A stretch of 64,000 bases of DNA, taken from NCBI GenBank assembly GCA_964016885.1, contig OZ024743.1:16740001-16804000 (forward strand). Direction: 5' to 3'. The position numbers and the translations under genes were made by a program. This document shows positions 1 to 13,168 of this stretch, piece by piece; positions within the stretch are counted from its first letter, which is position 1; each line of letters starts with the position of its first letter. This DNA is from Eledone cirrhosa. Lineage: Eukaryota. The notes under the pieces were generated by a model, which did not search any database, had not been told where the DNA came from, and worked only from the letters and a program-made list of their open reading frames with translations.

Positions 1-915
1 TCGCAAAAATATCTTGTTTTGATTTTGCAGCAGGTCAAGGGAGGTAACTCTGGCCGGTGTTAGGGCAGTCTTTCCCGGATAATTTTTTTTTTTTTTTTTT
101 CACAAATAGAAAACTAAGGCACTCCACTTCGCTCGCGGACTACATCACATCACTAAAGGACTTAAACACCAGCTTCTCCACGCACTGGTAGATTGTCGGC
201 AGGGCTGCACCGTACAACTTCAAGAGGTAATGCGATCTTTGCCTCATGGAGCTCTACCACATCATAACTGCACCCCACGAGCTCATCAAAAGCAGAGCTG
301 AAACAGCGATAAGTTGTACACAACGCTTAAAAATATCCTTCTTTAGATGGGTTAAGAATGAAGAGTGAAATAGTACACTGGATCTCCCTGCAACAAGTCT
401 TAACACCCCGGAGGGCAGGCGCAGCAAAGTAACACCCAGAAAACAATCCTTGCATACCATACCCAGCCTCAGACAAACGGATGCGGCAAAAAAAATATAT
501 ATATATATATATATCCGGGAAAGACTGCCCTAACACCGGCCAGAGTTACCTCCCTTGACCTGCTGCAAAATCAAAACAAGATATTTTTGCGAGCAATGAA
601 TCTTGATGTAGATTTAACCCCCAAAACTATTTCCGAACTATATAAGGAACACTTGTGATTATTTATGCCCTTGAGAAGCCCAACTGGGCGAAACGTACGC
701 AGGTGATATTTTAAATAAACATGTTTTAACGGTCTATTCTCCGATTTTTTACTTTCCCACGTGCTTACGCTCTGCTAACTCTCTAGCCCACTAAATATTA
801 ACACTTCGAATATTTAATACTGCCGGCACTAGTATCGAGCACCTTTGGCATACGCTACTTGGCAAATAACTATATGTATCACCTATCCCTTCTTTTTCTC
901 TCTTTCTCGATACGT
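1..915 (+). mobile_element. 5'-truncated Penelope-like element (Naiad-like): GIY-YIG C-terminus, 3' pLTR, and an inverted copy of its 3' region at the left edge
   Basis: ~118-350 translates to HSTSLADYITSLKDLNTSFSTHW*IVGRAAPYNFKR*CDLCLMELYHIITAPHELIKSRAETAISCTQR, matching the endonuclease C-termini at 29717-30106 and 58128-59834. Bases 1-81 are the reverse complement of 512-592. Hammerhead-like core at ~668-705. Confidence 0.75.
668..705 (+). ncRNA. Degenerate minimal hammerhead-like motif (UUGAGAA variant core)
   Basis: cc-TTGAGAA-gccc aact gggc-GAAAC-gtac-gc-agg: stem II and GAAA present, palindromic loop III; cleavage triplet appears mutated. Confidence 0.45.
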
Positions 916-944
916 AAATACAATATATATATATATATTCCAAG

Positions 945-3640
945 ACCAAAATAAATGGAAACTATATTTATAAAACCATATTTATTTTATTATATATATT
1001 TCAAAAGGCGACCAAGAAAATCTTGGTGCTTTTTTTATCAGATAAAATACAAAGTTTGTTTTAAAAATAACCATGGAGATCACACCTTAACGGTCAGAAG
1101 ATTCGCTGGATAGTGGAGACTTCTTAAGGGTAATACAAAGTTATCTGTCGATATGCAAATGAATTTATAAAAAAATGATAAAACAACCGTTTATTTAAAT
1201 TACGCTGGGGGAGGATGAGAAGATAGAGAGAGCGAAAATTTACTGTTATGAGATATATAGACAAATATAGAGTAGAGAGAAATTTGACAGAGGATGAACT
1301 CATATAAGGTAAATAAGTCTGAAATTTGTATTAGAGTTACGTATATTTAGTAATTATTTTGTTATTATATTAGAATTCTAATATAATACAATATAATACT
1401 AAGTAAAAGAAAATATATATATAGAAAAAATATATAGAAAAAGTAGATAAATATATAACAATATATATTGAAAATATAATAATACATATTGAAAAATAAT
1501 GAATAATAAGTAGAAAATAGATAGCAAAATATAGATAGAAGAATAGATATATGAATAGAGGAATGGATATATGAGTGGATATATGGGTATATTCTGTTAT
1601 AGATAATTATTTTAATAATTTATGAGAGATACTGGTTTATATTTATATTTAGTGTAACTAATTAAATTAACTGAGTTAATATAAATATTTATATGTTTCT
1701 AATATTTTAAATATTTTAAATATTTTAAATTGGAAAGATAGTGAAAATCTCAATTTTGTTTATATATTAGTTAGTATGAGACCATTTTGACGAAGATATA
1801 AGTTTAGAAAGATATATTTAGCAAGAAATAGTTATTGGTGTTATTAAAAAATATTTTTAAAATATTAAGAAATTTAAAAAAATATTAAAAATATTAAAAT
1901 ATTAGAAAATATAAAAAAATATATAATATAAAAATATTAAGAGTTCTGGAAAAATTCTTGAAAACATTTCTGGAAAAAAGTTTTAAAAAAATTGTTAAGA
2001 ATATTAAAAGATACTCCAAAACTTAAAAAATACTTAAACTATTTAAAATGTTTAAAATTATTCTAAAATACTTAAAATATTTAAAAATATTTAAAAATAT
2101 TTAAAAATATTTAAAAATATTCAAAATCTTTAAAAAATACTTAAAAAATACTTTTAAAATATTTAAAATTATTTTAAAATATTCGAAAGCATATTTAAAA
2201 ATATTTTTAAAAAAATGTATTAAAAAAAAAAAAAAAAAAATATTCAACAAAATAAAAAAATAAACATTTTTAAAATTTTAAAAAGTTTTAAACAAAATGA
2301 TATTTTAAGATAATAATTTTTAAGAAATAAGTGATTTTTTAAAAAGTAGTTAATTTTTATATAAATGAGATATGTCGGAAGTAAAAATAAAAAGTGAAAA
2401 ATTTAAACAGTAAAGGATAAAGATGTAAAAATATTAAGAAGTAAAGGATAAATATTTCATAAGTAAAAAATAAGTAAACATATTAAAATTAAAATTAAAG
2501 TTAAAATTAAAAATTTATAAAAATTTATAAAAATTTATGATCTATATGTATATAATATGAGAAATTTTAATATAAAAAATATTAAAATATTAAAATTAAA
2601 ATTTAAGATTTATGATAATATATGTATATAATATGAGAAAATTTAATAAGTGAAAATTATAGGCATTGGAATATATCGAACAATATGTAGAAACATTATA
2701 AGTGTAATTGTATTTTATATATATTTTTAAACGTTGAATTTAAGCGAAGTTTACAAGAACTGAATAAATTTATGCGTATATTAATTGAATTCTTACATTT
2801 AAGTATGAAGGAAATTTCCTCAACACACAATTTGCAAAATCTATATAAAGTTGTGGTTCTGTAGGCAGATTCTTATGAAATCACATCCCAAGTTAAATAA
2901 TAATCTATATTTTTAGATTTTAAGTTCCATATCAAGTTTGATAGAGAAGTTGAAGATTTTTTACCAATATTATTAAACGGGCATTTGTGATTATTGAAAC
3001 GTGATTTGAAGCCTGTAGAAGTAGAATATAGTTGAATATATGAACATTAGTTTTGACAGAGCATTTATAGACAACATTTTTATCAAAGCATTTATTTTTT
3101 AAAGGACAGTTTGGTTTTAATTCTACAATTACATTTAGCACAGCTGATGTTATTTGGAACAGTATTATTAAGTTGGATATTGATAGAGGTATTAGTACTA
3201 TTTTGGTTTAGATTTCTATTAATGATTCTATTTATATTTTCTGCTAAGTTCATAGTAGTAGAGTAAGATAGTTTTATGGTATGTCTGTTAAAGATTGAAT
3301 GGTATCTATGGGTTTTAATTCTTAGAATGGGTGTTTTAATACTTAGTGAAAATGGGTGTCTTAATACTTAGTGAAAATGTACGTCTAAAAAGTTAACAAT
3401 TTTGTAGTTATTCTCTATTTCTAACTTAAGATTGTAGCTATTTAAAAATTGTATTATTGATTTTCGTTTTCTCTTTATGTCGCAATTACTATTATTTTCA
3501 ATTAAAAGCAGCATATCATCACGATATAAACCATCGGTCAACCTCAGTAGTTTTCTATGTAGTATATTATTAATAAATATCCCAACAAGATCCGTTATCT
3601 GCGCCGAGTCTGATGACCCCATGGGGTGATGTCGAAATTA
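945..3640 (-). mobile_element. Decayed 5'-truncated Naiad-like PLE with a long, very AT-rich 3' UTR
   Basis: ORF fragments MGSSDSAQITDLVG...GLYRDDML...VNFLDV (3368-3622) and NCPLKNKCFDKNVVYKCSVK (2932-3141) are homologous to the 58128-59834 protein. The 3' end (~950-1000) matches the pLTR at 56725-56780. Flanked by (TA)n. Confidence 0.85.
983..1049 (-). ncRNA. Type I hammerhead-like motif (core CUGAUAA, probably inactivated)
   Basis: Minus strand: uuuuau-CUGAUAA-aaaag(c accaaga uuu ucuuggu cgc)cuuuu-GAAA-uauauaua-auaaaa. Confidence 0.55.
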
Positions 3641-3670
3641 TATATAAATATATATATATGTATATTATAT

Positions 3671-3760
<90 letters not shown>

Positions 3761-3768
3761 ATATATAA
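3640..3768. repeat. (TA)n/(CA)n/(TG)n compound microsatellite
   Basis: Direct inspection. Confidence 0.95.
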
Positions 3769-4653
3769 TAAATGTTGCTGTAAAGGAATTTGCATGTAAA
3801 TAAGTTTGATCCATAAAATATATTTTAGACATTATGCTATTCATTCATTTCACACAGTAAAAGAACTATTCTTCATATGCCTCATCTAAACATCTCCTAG
3901 ATTTAATTTTACTACTAAATTAAAACGTAAGCAATTATTATTATCAATGATGAGAGATTGTTTAACATCCGTCTAAAAAAAATTATTATATGATTTACAT
4001 TAACAACTTTATAAGATGTTGGCAGAAAGCATATACATGTGATATATATGTCTCCGCATTATACAGAAATAGTACACTTGGAAATTAGACGATGAGGAAT
4101 AGAAGATCTATAAGTATATCGTCATATGATTGGAAGCGGAACAGAATCAGAAAAAAGTGAGAAGTTAGAATTGAAATGTGCACAGACAGATAGATTTCTA
4201 GAAGGTATGGCCTTTTGTTTAAGCTATACGACAAAATAAAATAGGAAGACAATAACAAGCGTTTGTATACGAACAAGTAATTAGAATAAACCATGCCAAA
4301 GGCAAAATAAACATAAGCCAACAAAGTATTATTTATCATTGGCACAAGCCACATAAAGCTAGAGAAAGGAGAAAGATAAATACTATTATATGGTTCTGAA
4401 TTACAATGATTTGCCGGTAAATAATCCATCGAATTATTTGTACGTTGGTGACTAAAATTATCCTTGCCATCTTTTTATAGATTGCTTCCATTTCAATATA
4501 TTTGTCTACATAACTGTGGTTATAATCTATATATCTCTAGATATAGCAACCGTATGCTCCCCAAACATTGAAACAACGATTTTATAATGTAGAGGCGCAT
4601 TACAGAGTAAATTCGCACGGTCCTGCTCACATGCACACACTTGTATTTTTAAG

Positions 4654-4952
<299 letters not shown>

Positions 4953-6006
4953 AATATATTTATATAGATAAAATAAATCAAAGAACGCCTACATACTTAT
5001 ACAATTTTTATTCGCTAACAACGATGCATCCATACCGCGGAACAGGAATCCTCGGTGCGTAATAAATAAAAATATACTGCTGAATATAAGCCCTACCAAG
5101 CTTTGTCACCAGAACAGTAGAGACACAGTACAGGATAACATGAGGGAGATTCGATATGAGAAGGGTGGAGAGAATGCGTACTGTGTTATTAGACAATATT
5201 ACAACAACACATGATAATACAATAATACAGGCAGATTTTCCCACAAGAGACTGAGGCATGTGAAGGCACACACAAGCAATCATAAGCACTTAAAGATAAT
5301 TAAAGAAATATATAAAAATATAATTTTAAGAAAAATGATTTAAAAAATAATAATTAAATAAATGCATAATAGTAATTAAACAAATGGGGAAAGGAAAAAT
5401 AAATTGAGGCATGTGAAGAATCAACAAAGGAGGGTATGCAATAATTACTATAGAAGACAGGTGATTTAGTTTCCCCTGTCTTAGCATCATGGAACACTAT
5501 GAGATCCATAACATATCTTCAGAAGGTCTAAAGGGGATTTTATACCCCCCTTATAGTATGCGCAAACAGGGTATAGCATTAGGTTGTGGAAGTGTGTGGA
5601 CAAGAGGTGTTAAACTTGCACATGGACACGCACCACGCGATTTGAGCCAAACACAGACAAAGCGGGGTTAATAAATATAGAAGCTGAGGCAATCAATTCA
5701 AGCTGAAGCAAACAAAACAAGCTGAAACAATCAAAACACAACAAACACGGTTTAGTCACTGTTTAAGGCATATTTGGTGAGAAGTCATAACACATGTGGA
5801 TCAACCGTAGATGGTAATCCGGTCGGCGAGAGGTCATAACGTATGAAGATCGTCCGTAGATGGTAATCCAGCCGTATTCATATGTTCACCAATACATACC
5901 AGCACATATGGTACTGTGTTACAAGTTGATTTTACACATCCAAATCTTCATACGCTGGAAACTCCAGATTGAGATGTGTTACATGTCCAATTATTGAAAT
6001 CGCTAC

Positions 6007-6233
6007 AATTTAAATAGATAAAACTTTCGTTTTATTGTCAATAATTATTTTTTTATCGGCTATTGATCTGTCCTTGTCAGCATGACATAAAACTGGAGAT
6101 CAAAATGGAAAGGAAAATCGAAGGTGGTATTCAGCGCGAGAAGGTCTCCGAAATACAGAGAATAACGTTGACATACATATATAGACGAACATCCGCATGA
6201 ACACATGGGAAGTCAAATCTAACGTCGGCGGTA
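6007..6233. repeat. ~230-bp dispersed direct repeat, copy 1 (copy 2 at ~18488-18730)
   Basis: caatttaaatagata...cagcatgacataaaac...gaaggtggtattcagc...gaacatccgcatg shared, roughly 85% identical by eye. Confidence 0.85.
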
Positions 6234-6252
6234 TATATATTATATATATATA

Positions 6253-6285
<33 letters not shown>

Positions 6286-6287
6286 CA

Positions 6288-6627
6288 ATATTAAATAAAT
6301 GGAAACTATATTTATAAAACCATATTTATTTCATTATATATATTTCAGGGATATCATATTAACAATATGCTATGCCTTCCTCAGACAAAATACAATATAA
6401 ACAGTTTTATAGATAAATAGATTCGACATACCGTAACAACATCTACTTGCATTTGAGAAGGTTGATTTGGTAGTGACAAAATTGTACACAGAGAGAAAGA
6501 AAGAGACAGAGAAAGAGAGAAAAAGAGAGAAAAAAGGAAAGAAAGACAGAAAACGAAGAAAAAGAAAAAGAAGAAATGCATGGAACAAAATAGAGAGATG
6601 GAAAGATAGATAAAGAGAAGAACTTCA
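6288..6627 (-). mobile_element. Solo 3' pLTR fragment of the Naiad-like family at 56718-62970, including a hammerhead (6327-6392, core CUGAGGA)
   Basis: Close match to 56720-57030; minus strand uuuugu-CUGAGGA-aggcaua...aucccu-GAAA-uauauaua-augaaa. Confidence 0.85.
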
Positions 6628-6803
6628 ATTTTAAATTTGGGGCTGAAGGCCTCAATATTTTTGAGTGTCCTTTTCAGAAATCAATGTATGTGCACATATA
6701 TACAGTTAACAATAAAAATGTTCCATAAATTTCAATTTTAAATAACTGAAAATAACAAACCTTTGCGGAGCTCACGATGATAGGCTTTACTACGCAGGTC
6801 GCC
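6628..6803 (-). mobile_element. Isolated 5' terminus (~175 bp) of a Tx1-type LINE related to the element at 39963-45596
   Basis: Aligns to 45420-45596 (tatacagttaacaataaaaa...ctgaaaataacaaa...cggagctcacgat...tttactacg...gtcgcc) and abuts (AAT)n in the same way. Confidence 0.75.
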
Positions 6804-7073
6804 AATAATAATAATACTATTAATAATGCTTTCTTTATTAACCACAAGGGTTTACAAAAAGTAGACATTAAGGACAGTACAGGACAATTCAGGACGGTAC
6901 AAATGGGCATTTCTGCGTGTAATAAAAAACAGAGGATGTAATAAAAATAACAATGAAAAATTCCCCAATAGGGGGTAGACTTCCGAGGGACATTTGTGGA
7001 GAAAGTCCATAAAAAGGTCACAGTGACCCTGACCACCAGGGCAAGTGCCCTCTCTTAGTTTTCAACCTTTAAT

Positions 7074-10000
7074 TTACAGACACATACTCAGAGTAGCCCC
7101 ATTTACTCGGGCCATACTTGCTTCTCTCACCCATCTTTCAACAAAATGCTGGGAAGAGAGCACTTCCCTCTCTACCCTGATTTTCCTTTTCAAATGAAAT
7201 TTGAAAAAGTTAATCAGGGCATCACCGAAGAGGTAAGTGCTCGTCTTCAGCCCTTTCAAACGTGTCCACCATACTATCTCTTTCGCCATGGCCACCAGAC
7301 ACATAAAAAATGCCTGCCCTTCCCGGCTAAAGGAAGAGGGCGGGGCAATCCTCACGATGGACTCAGCTGATAGCTGGAGCCGTCCTACACGTGACAGCAG
7401 GTGTTCGACATAAACCCACAAGTCAGCAATGTTCGGACACTGGACGAGTGCGTGCAGGACGGTTTCGGCGCCCTGCGCGCATCTCGGATGTGCTCGGCTG
7501 ACGGCACCTCCATGCCTGTAGGGTTTATCCCGAACTGGCAAAGCTCGTCGGTAGCACTGCCAGGCCATGGATTTCTGGAATTTGCCATAGGCGCCGGCCT
7601 GAAAGTCCTTCCGAAGAGATTGGCTAGTTTATTTTCGTCGACGCCTAGAGTTTCTCCAAGTACGTCGTCGCTCTTCCCCTCCACTAGTCCTATATAGAAC
7701 GCCTAGGTGGAGTTTCCACCGATCACATTGCCCCATTGGTCGAGGGCTGTGAGCGCCTGAAGACATTGCAGTCTCCAAGCGCTCCCTCTCGGTCTTCGGG
7801 TGACCCAGGACTGCAGCTCCGTCAAGGAGACGAGCTGGGGAAAGACGGGTCCAACAAATGGCGACCACACCTGATCACCGTCCAGGAAGAGGTGGAGATG
7901 TCGTAGCCTGAGTGCGTGTTTGCGCATCATCAGCTACTGCATGCCCAGCCCTCCACGTAGCGGGTGTTGACAGCAGATGGACCGCCTGACCATCGAAGCG
8001 CGTTCCTTCCACAAAAAGCGAAAGAGCAAACGCTCCATCGCAGTAAGGCGTGGTTTGGACAAGGTACGACGGTCAGGCGGTAGTAGATGACGGACGCGAT
8101 GTACGCGTTAGCCATCTCAGCTCGACATTTCAGGGATAGCTTCCTCTCCGCCCATCTCTGGGTGAGAGAAGCCACCCTGCTCGTCACCTCTTCGCAGTTT
8201 TTGTCCGTCTGGAGGTCCGGACCGAAACAGACCCCTAGCAATTTAACTGGTCCGTCCCTCAAGCGCCCGACGACGCTGGTGGACGGCATGGACCTGCCTC
8301 TTCAGGTGCCGAGGTGCAGGCCCACTGTTTTTTCCTGGATGATCATTGCTCCTGTCACCGCTTCGTATTCTCTTAGTGTAGTGCCGATCGCCTCGATGTG
8401 TTTGGCGTTCGACATTACTACGGTGACATCGTCCCCATATGCTGACACGGATCTTCCGCATCCTATTTCGCGCGGGACCCCCCTCAATGTCTCCAGTTTG
8501 TGTAGTAATTGTTCGAGAGTCAATACGTACAAGAGGGACGAGAGGGGACATCCTTGGCGGACCGAGCGCATTATGTTGAACGGTTCCGAAAGGTGACCGT
8601 TCACTCTCACCACAGAGCAGATGTCGCTGTGCATGGCAGCGATCCAGCCTCTGAAGACGGGCACAAAGCCAGCCGCCCTCATAACTGCCGCTAGGTAACG
8701 CAGGTCGACCCTATCGAAAGCTTTCGACTGATCTAAATTGATCAAGGACCCACCCGTGCCAGGTTCCCTAGCTACCCTCTCTACGATGTATCGCATGAGG
8801 TGGAGGTTGTTGTGGATGGATCTGTCGGGAATGGCGCATGTCTGCGCCTCTCCCACCAGACCACCAACGACAAGCGCCAACCTCCTTGCTAGCACCTTGG
8901 CCAAAATCTTGAACTCTGTGTTTAGCAGAGTTATGGGGCGGAAATTATCTATGTTATCCCCTTTGTTCGGATCCTTTCTCAGCAGCGCCACAGCTCCTCG
9001 GCTCACAGAGCTGGGAATTCTCCCGTTCTGTTGCCAGTTGCAGTAGACGTCTGCCAAGAGGCCTCCGAACATGTCTTGCATTTGTACGTAAAGTTCGTAC
9101 GGCAGACTATCCAGACAAGGCGATTTACCCCTTGTGTAGCCAGTCATTGCCTCCCGTACTTCAGCGGCTGTTATCAGCTTTTCGGAACACTCCGCCTCCG
9201 TGGCCGAGAGCCGCGGCAGTCCGTACAGGTAGACACTAAAGTCCATCCCACGATCCGGCCCGCCGCTGCCCCCGAACAGCTGTGTGTAGTGTCGCTGAAA
9301 AGCTTCAGACATTTGCCCGGGATCGATTAGCATCCGCCCGTCGTGGTCCACCAAAGACCGTATCGTGGCTTTGTTGCCACGACGCGCCTCTGCCACTCGG
9401 GCCCATTGAACGGCTTTCGTCCCCTCGTGTCTGAGAGCACGCACCCTAGTTCTGACAACGCAGCATTCGTGCTTTGCATTGAAGAATTGGTCAAGGGCCA
9501 ATTTCGCCGCAAGTGCGTCGGTCGCAATGCCTTTGCTAAGCGCCTCGTCTAATTTTCTAACTAATTCTCCCTCTGCTCTATTTTTCTCTATAGGTAAAGC
9601 CTTACTAAACCTAATGTACTCTATTCTAATTGCTCTTTTCAGATCAAACCACCACTTGTTGTTGACGATGGCCCCCGTCAACGCCCGCTTAACTAGTTAG
9701 CTAATCCGGTCTCTGCAGGATTTGCGCGCTGGTAAGGACGCGTTTAGCTTCTAGTAGCCGGGTCCTCGTCTATGAAGCCTATCTAACTCAAGCACACAGA
9801 TCACGAATTTGTGGTCCGTGTAGCTGACTATTTTGAATTGTGGACAGCCTATGCTAGACCTATCTATTTCTCTACAAAATACTCTATATAGATATGATCT
9901 GGATGACCCTTTGCGATTTGTCCAAGTACGCATTGGCACATTCGGGAAATCCAATCAGTATCTGTCAGACAGTTCAAAACGCCTGAGCAGGTTGGTGAGA

Positions 10001-10490
10001 CTATTGAAACCTCCACCCCTATCCACTAATCCCACAAGTCCCAACGTGCATTTAAGATCCCGTTCCAGTCGCCCACTAACAGTAAAGAGCGGGACGTTCC
10101 TAGAAAAGTCTCCAGACGCCGGAGGAAATCAAGCTGCCCTGCTCCTGTCGGGGCATAGACGGCCACTAGCCTGAAAGCTTGCCAGACTCCGCTTGTCACG
10201 TCCAGCGCCACAAACTTACTTTCTGGGGCCAGGAAGATGGCCCGTATGGCGAGAACCAAACCTCTCCGAAAAAGCACAGCAACTACTCCCCCCGATACCG
10301 GACGGCTGTGAGATGCGTACACATCGTAGCCGCAGAAGATCGGTGCGAAGGCCCGTGCTTCGGAGATTCTGGTCTCGCTGAAGGTCACTACATCTATGTT
10401 TAGTAACCTGGTGTCGTTGAGCAGGTGGCCCTGCTTCCATGACGAACCCAAGCCACGCGCATTTATGCTGCCTATTCTGAGTGAGGTCAT
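7074..10490 (-). pseudogene. ORF2 of Tx1 copy A: APE endonuclease, reverse transcriptase and zf-RVT, with stops and frameshifts
   Basis: SINARGL, LVGDWN, TDHK (APE); FRPITLLNTEFKILAK, NLDQSKAFDRV, QGCPLS, AYGDD (RT); PRCAQGAETVLHALVQC. Confidence 0.93.
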
Positions 10491-10529
10491 GTTGAAATGG
10501 AGTGAAAAAGATGGGAAAGACCACTTACC

Positions 10530-12621
10530 TTACTTCTTCTCGCACAGGAAGGATGGTTTCACCATCCCTTTTCACTTGATCGCCCCTTCGGCTGGTTTGT
10601 CGGCTCTTCTGTGACTATATCCGAATATACCCTCCGGTTGAGTGTCCCTCCTAGGTCTCTGAAATCACCAATTGCGTTGGGGAATCTCGTATTAATGTTT
10701 GTGTATTGTTTCTGTGCTATTTTTACCAGTCTTATGTTCGTTGGTGTTTTGATTGGTGCTGGTATTCTGTAGTCGTGCTGTGAAATGTCTGTGTTCAATT
10801 ATGTAAGTCATTAATTTCTTGTTGTGTGTAATTATTGCTGTGCATTTGTTTTTCTGGGGGTGTGGTGTGGTTCTGCTATTTTCTTGTCGTTGTTGCTGGG
10901 TGTGTGTGTTTTGTTGTGTTTGCATTGTTGGTGCTTGTGGTGGTGGTGTTGAAGGTGTTGTTGTTGTTGTTGGCGGTGGGGTTGCCGCCGGTGGTGATGG
11001 TGGTGCTAGTGTTGGTGGTGTTGCTGCTGTAAATCTTTTTGCAGCAGCCTTTATCCTTTTTTCGTTTCTTTCCTCCATTTTCGAAGACGACGATGCTCTG
11101 CTTCTGCGTTTGTGCCTTCTTAAGACCTTTTGCCATCCCTCTCCCACCTCACACTCCATGTCCTATTCTGTGTGGTCGGGGAGGGGTACCAGCTCCACTC
11201 TTTCACTTGTTGTTGTTGGTGATGTTGCAGTGGAGTCTCTGTTGCAGCTGCAGTTGGTATTGTTGTTGTTGTTGTTAATATTTCCACTGCTGCTGCTGTT
11301 CTTGATTTCCGTGGCGTGGGTATGGGTGCCACGGACCTATCCTTCCTGGTTGCCGCCTGTCCTGTTGTGGTAGCAGTGGAGCTGGTTTCGGAATGAGGGG
11401 TTTTCTCCTTTCTCAGGGTGTTCTCATTGCAAAGGCCCTGAGGTGAGTCTTCGATCCACAACGAAAGCATTTCGGGCCTTTGCCCTCAACACTTATGGGC
11501 AGCTGAGTGCCGTTATCGAAGTCTATCACATCCGGGGTAGCTTCGATGCACTCCTGGTTGGTTTGGATTAACATCTCAATGGAGGTGCCGACCCAATCTT
11601 CTCGTACATTCTTCTGTACTTGCAGTACAGTTTTTTTGTCCTCGATTCCGACGATGACAGACGCGGCCAGCGAAGAAGGGGCCATCCCTGAGGGGCGTAC
11701 ATGGGTCAGTTTGACCCTCACTCTTTTTTGTCCACATTAGGAGGGCACCAACACCATTTCCTCGCTCCTTAGGGTCACTAAGGATTATGCCTTTGCCTCC
11801 TGAGGTGTGGCAAAAAGCACGTCCACGGTTGTATATTTCTTGTCTCGGGTGATATGCGTTTTCCGCTGCCACACAGACTCTAAGGCTTTTTGTATTTGAG
11901 ACTCTGTGGCCCTTTCAACCCTACGGGATTTTGTGCTTACTGTACGGTACCTGACCGTACAGTGCTGTTGAGTTTCGAAATATTTTTCAGCTGCCTTGCA
12001 GATTGCTAGGTGTACGGTTTTCGTTACTTTGCTTCCTGTAATTCCTCATTTGTTATAAGGATTGTTTCCAGGTTCTTTGAGATACCTGCAAACGAGATCG
12101 GTTTTTCTTTCTTGTTGTTGTTGTTGTTGTCGTCAGAGCTGCTGTTACTTTTGTTGTTGATTCTGGTACTACGACTGCCGCCGCCGCTGTTGCTGTGGTT
12201 GTTGTTGTTGTTGCTGCTGCTGCTGTTGTTGTTGTGTTGCTGCTAATGCTGTTGTTGTTTATGCTGCTCCTGCTGCTGTTGCGGTTGCTACTGTTCTTTT
12301 CCTTGTTACTGTTGCTGCTGCTGCTGTTATTACGGCTGCTACTGCTATTATTCATGACGTCAGACGAATGAAATGGGTTTTCGTATTTACTGTACACCTT
12401 TTTCGTCGTTGTCGTCGTCGTGGAGAAATTTTCCACGTTTTGGACGTGATTTTGGAAACTATTTTTCTTTACTGGCGTCGCTTGCGAAACAGAAGGGAGG
12501 GAGAGAGACATAATCAGAGAAGGGAGGGAGAGAGACAATCTTCTCTCTGGTGTAGTGACGATTGAGGAAGAGGAGACGTAATGAGTGGGAGTGACTTGTG
12601 AAAATTATTTTTTGTAGCCAT
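10530..12621 (-). pseudogene. ORF1 (gag-like, CCHC knuckle) of Tx1 copy A, disrupted
   Basis: Fragment ...VREDWVGTSIEMLIQ...PDVIDFDNGTQLPISVEGKGPKCFRCGSKTHLRAF, homologous to ORF1 of copy B. Confidence 0.7.
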
Positions 12622-12789
12622 GTTTTTTTGGGGTTTAAAATAAATATTGGGCACAAACCCCAATAAGCGGATATTTAACCCCAAAGGGCCAAATGACGGG
12701 CAGAAAGACCCCTCTCACGAGGAGGAGGGTGTTTGTGTCTACAATTTGGTTAAAGTTTTAAACAATTTACAATTGATATAGCGGTTAAA

Positions 12790-12897
12790 ATTTACAATAC
12801 CTTACAGAATCGAGCCTCCGTCAACCATGGCATTCAATAATAATAATAATTGAATGCCATGGTTGACGGAGGCTCGATTCTGTAAGGTATTGTAAAT
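12790..12897. repeat. Perfect 49-bp-arm palindrome with a 10-nt (AAT)n loop, formed by the 5' tip of Tx1 copy A
   Basis: atttacaataccttacagaatcgagcctccgtcaaccatggcattcaat (12790-12838) and its exact reverse complement (12849-12897). Confidence 0.95.
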
Positions 12898-12925
12898 AAT
12901 AGATATCGTTATTATTATTGTTTTA

Positions 12926-12961
<36 letters not shown>

Positions 12962-13168
12962 GTTCTAAGCGGACGTATTTTGCTCGCTCACAGTAAGTCG
13001 CTTTATTTGCCTGTTAAAATTATTTGTTGTTAAATATTTATTGTTGTGTAAGGGATATAAGCCCTTTGACTTTGCCCCGTGAGAGGGGAAAGTATAATAT
13101 TTGGGACTTTTGGCCCAAATATTTGAACTTTTTTTTACATGTTAAAAAATTTAGGAAGAAAAAAAAAC

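Larger units (their letters stand above)
6826..12838 (-). mobile_element. Near-full-length L1/Tx1-clade LINE, copy A (disrupted)
   Basis: ORF1 with N/S/T-rich N-terminus and CFRCGSKTH zinc knuckle; ORF2 with APE, RT and C-terminal zinc finger; 3' AATAAA then (TAT)n tail; 5' end abuts (TTA)n. Confidence 0.93.

Noticed and set aside
1380-2700. Mitochondrial control-region-like (NUMT) or satellite AT-rich tract
   Set aside because: It lies between the PLE ORF remnant and its pLTR, so it is best explained as that element's low-complexity 3' UTR; no mitochondrial genes are adjacent.
5455-5530. Minus-strand CUGAAGA...GAAAC as a hammerhead
   Set aside because: I could not close stem II next to GAAA or form stem I convincingly.
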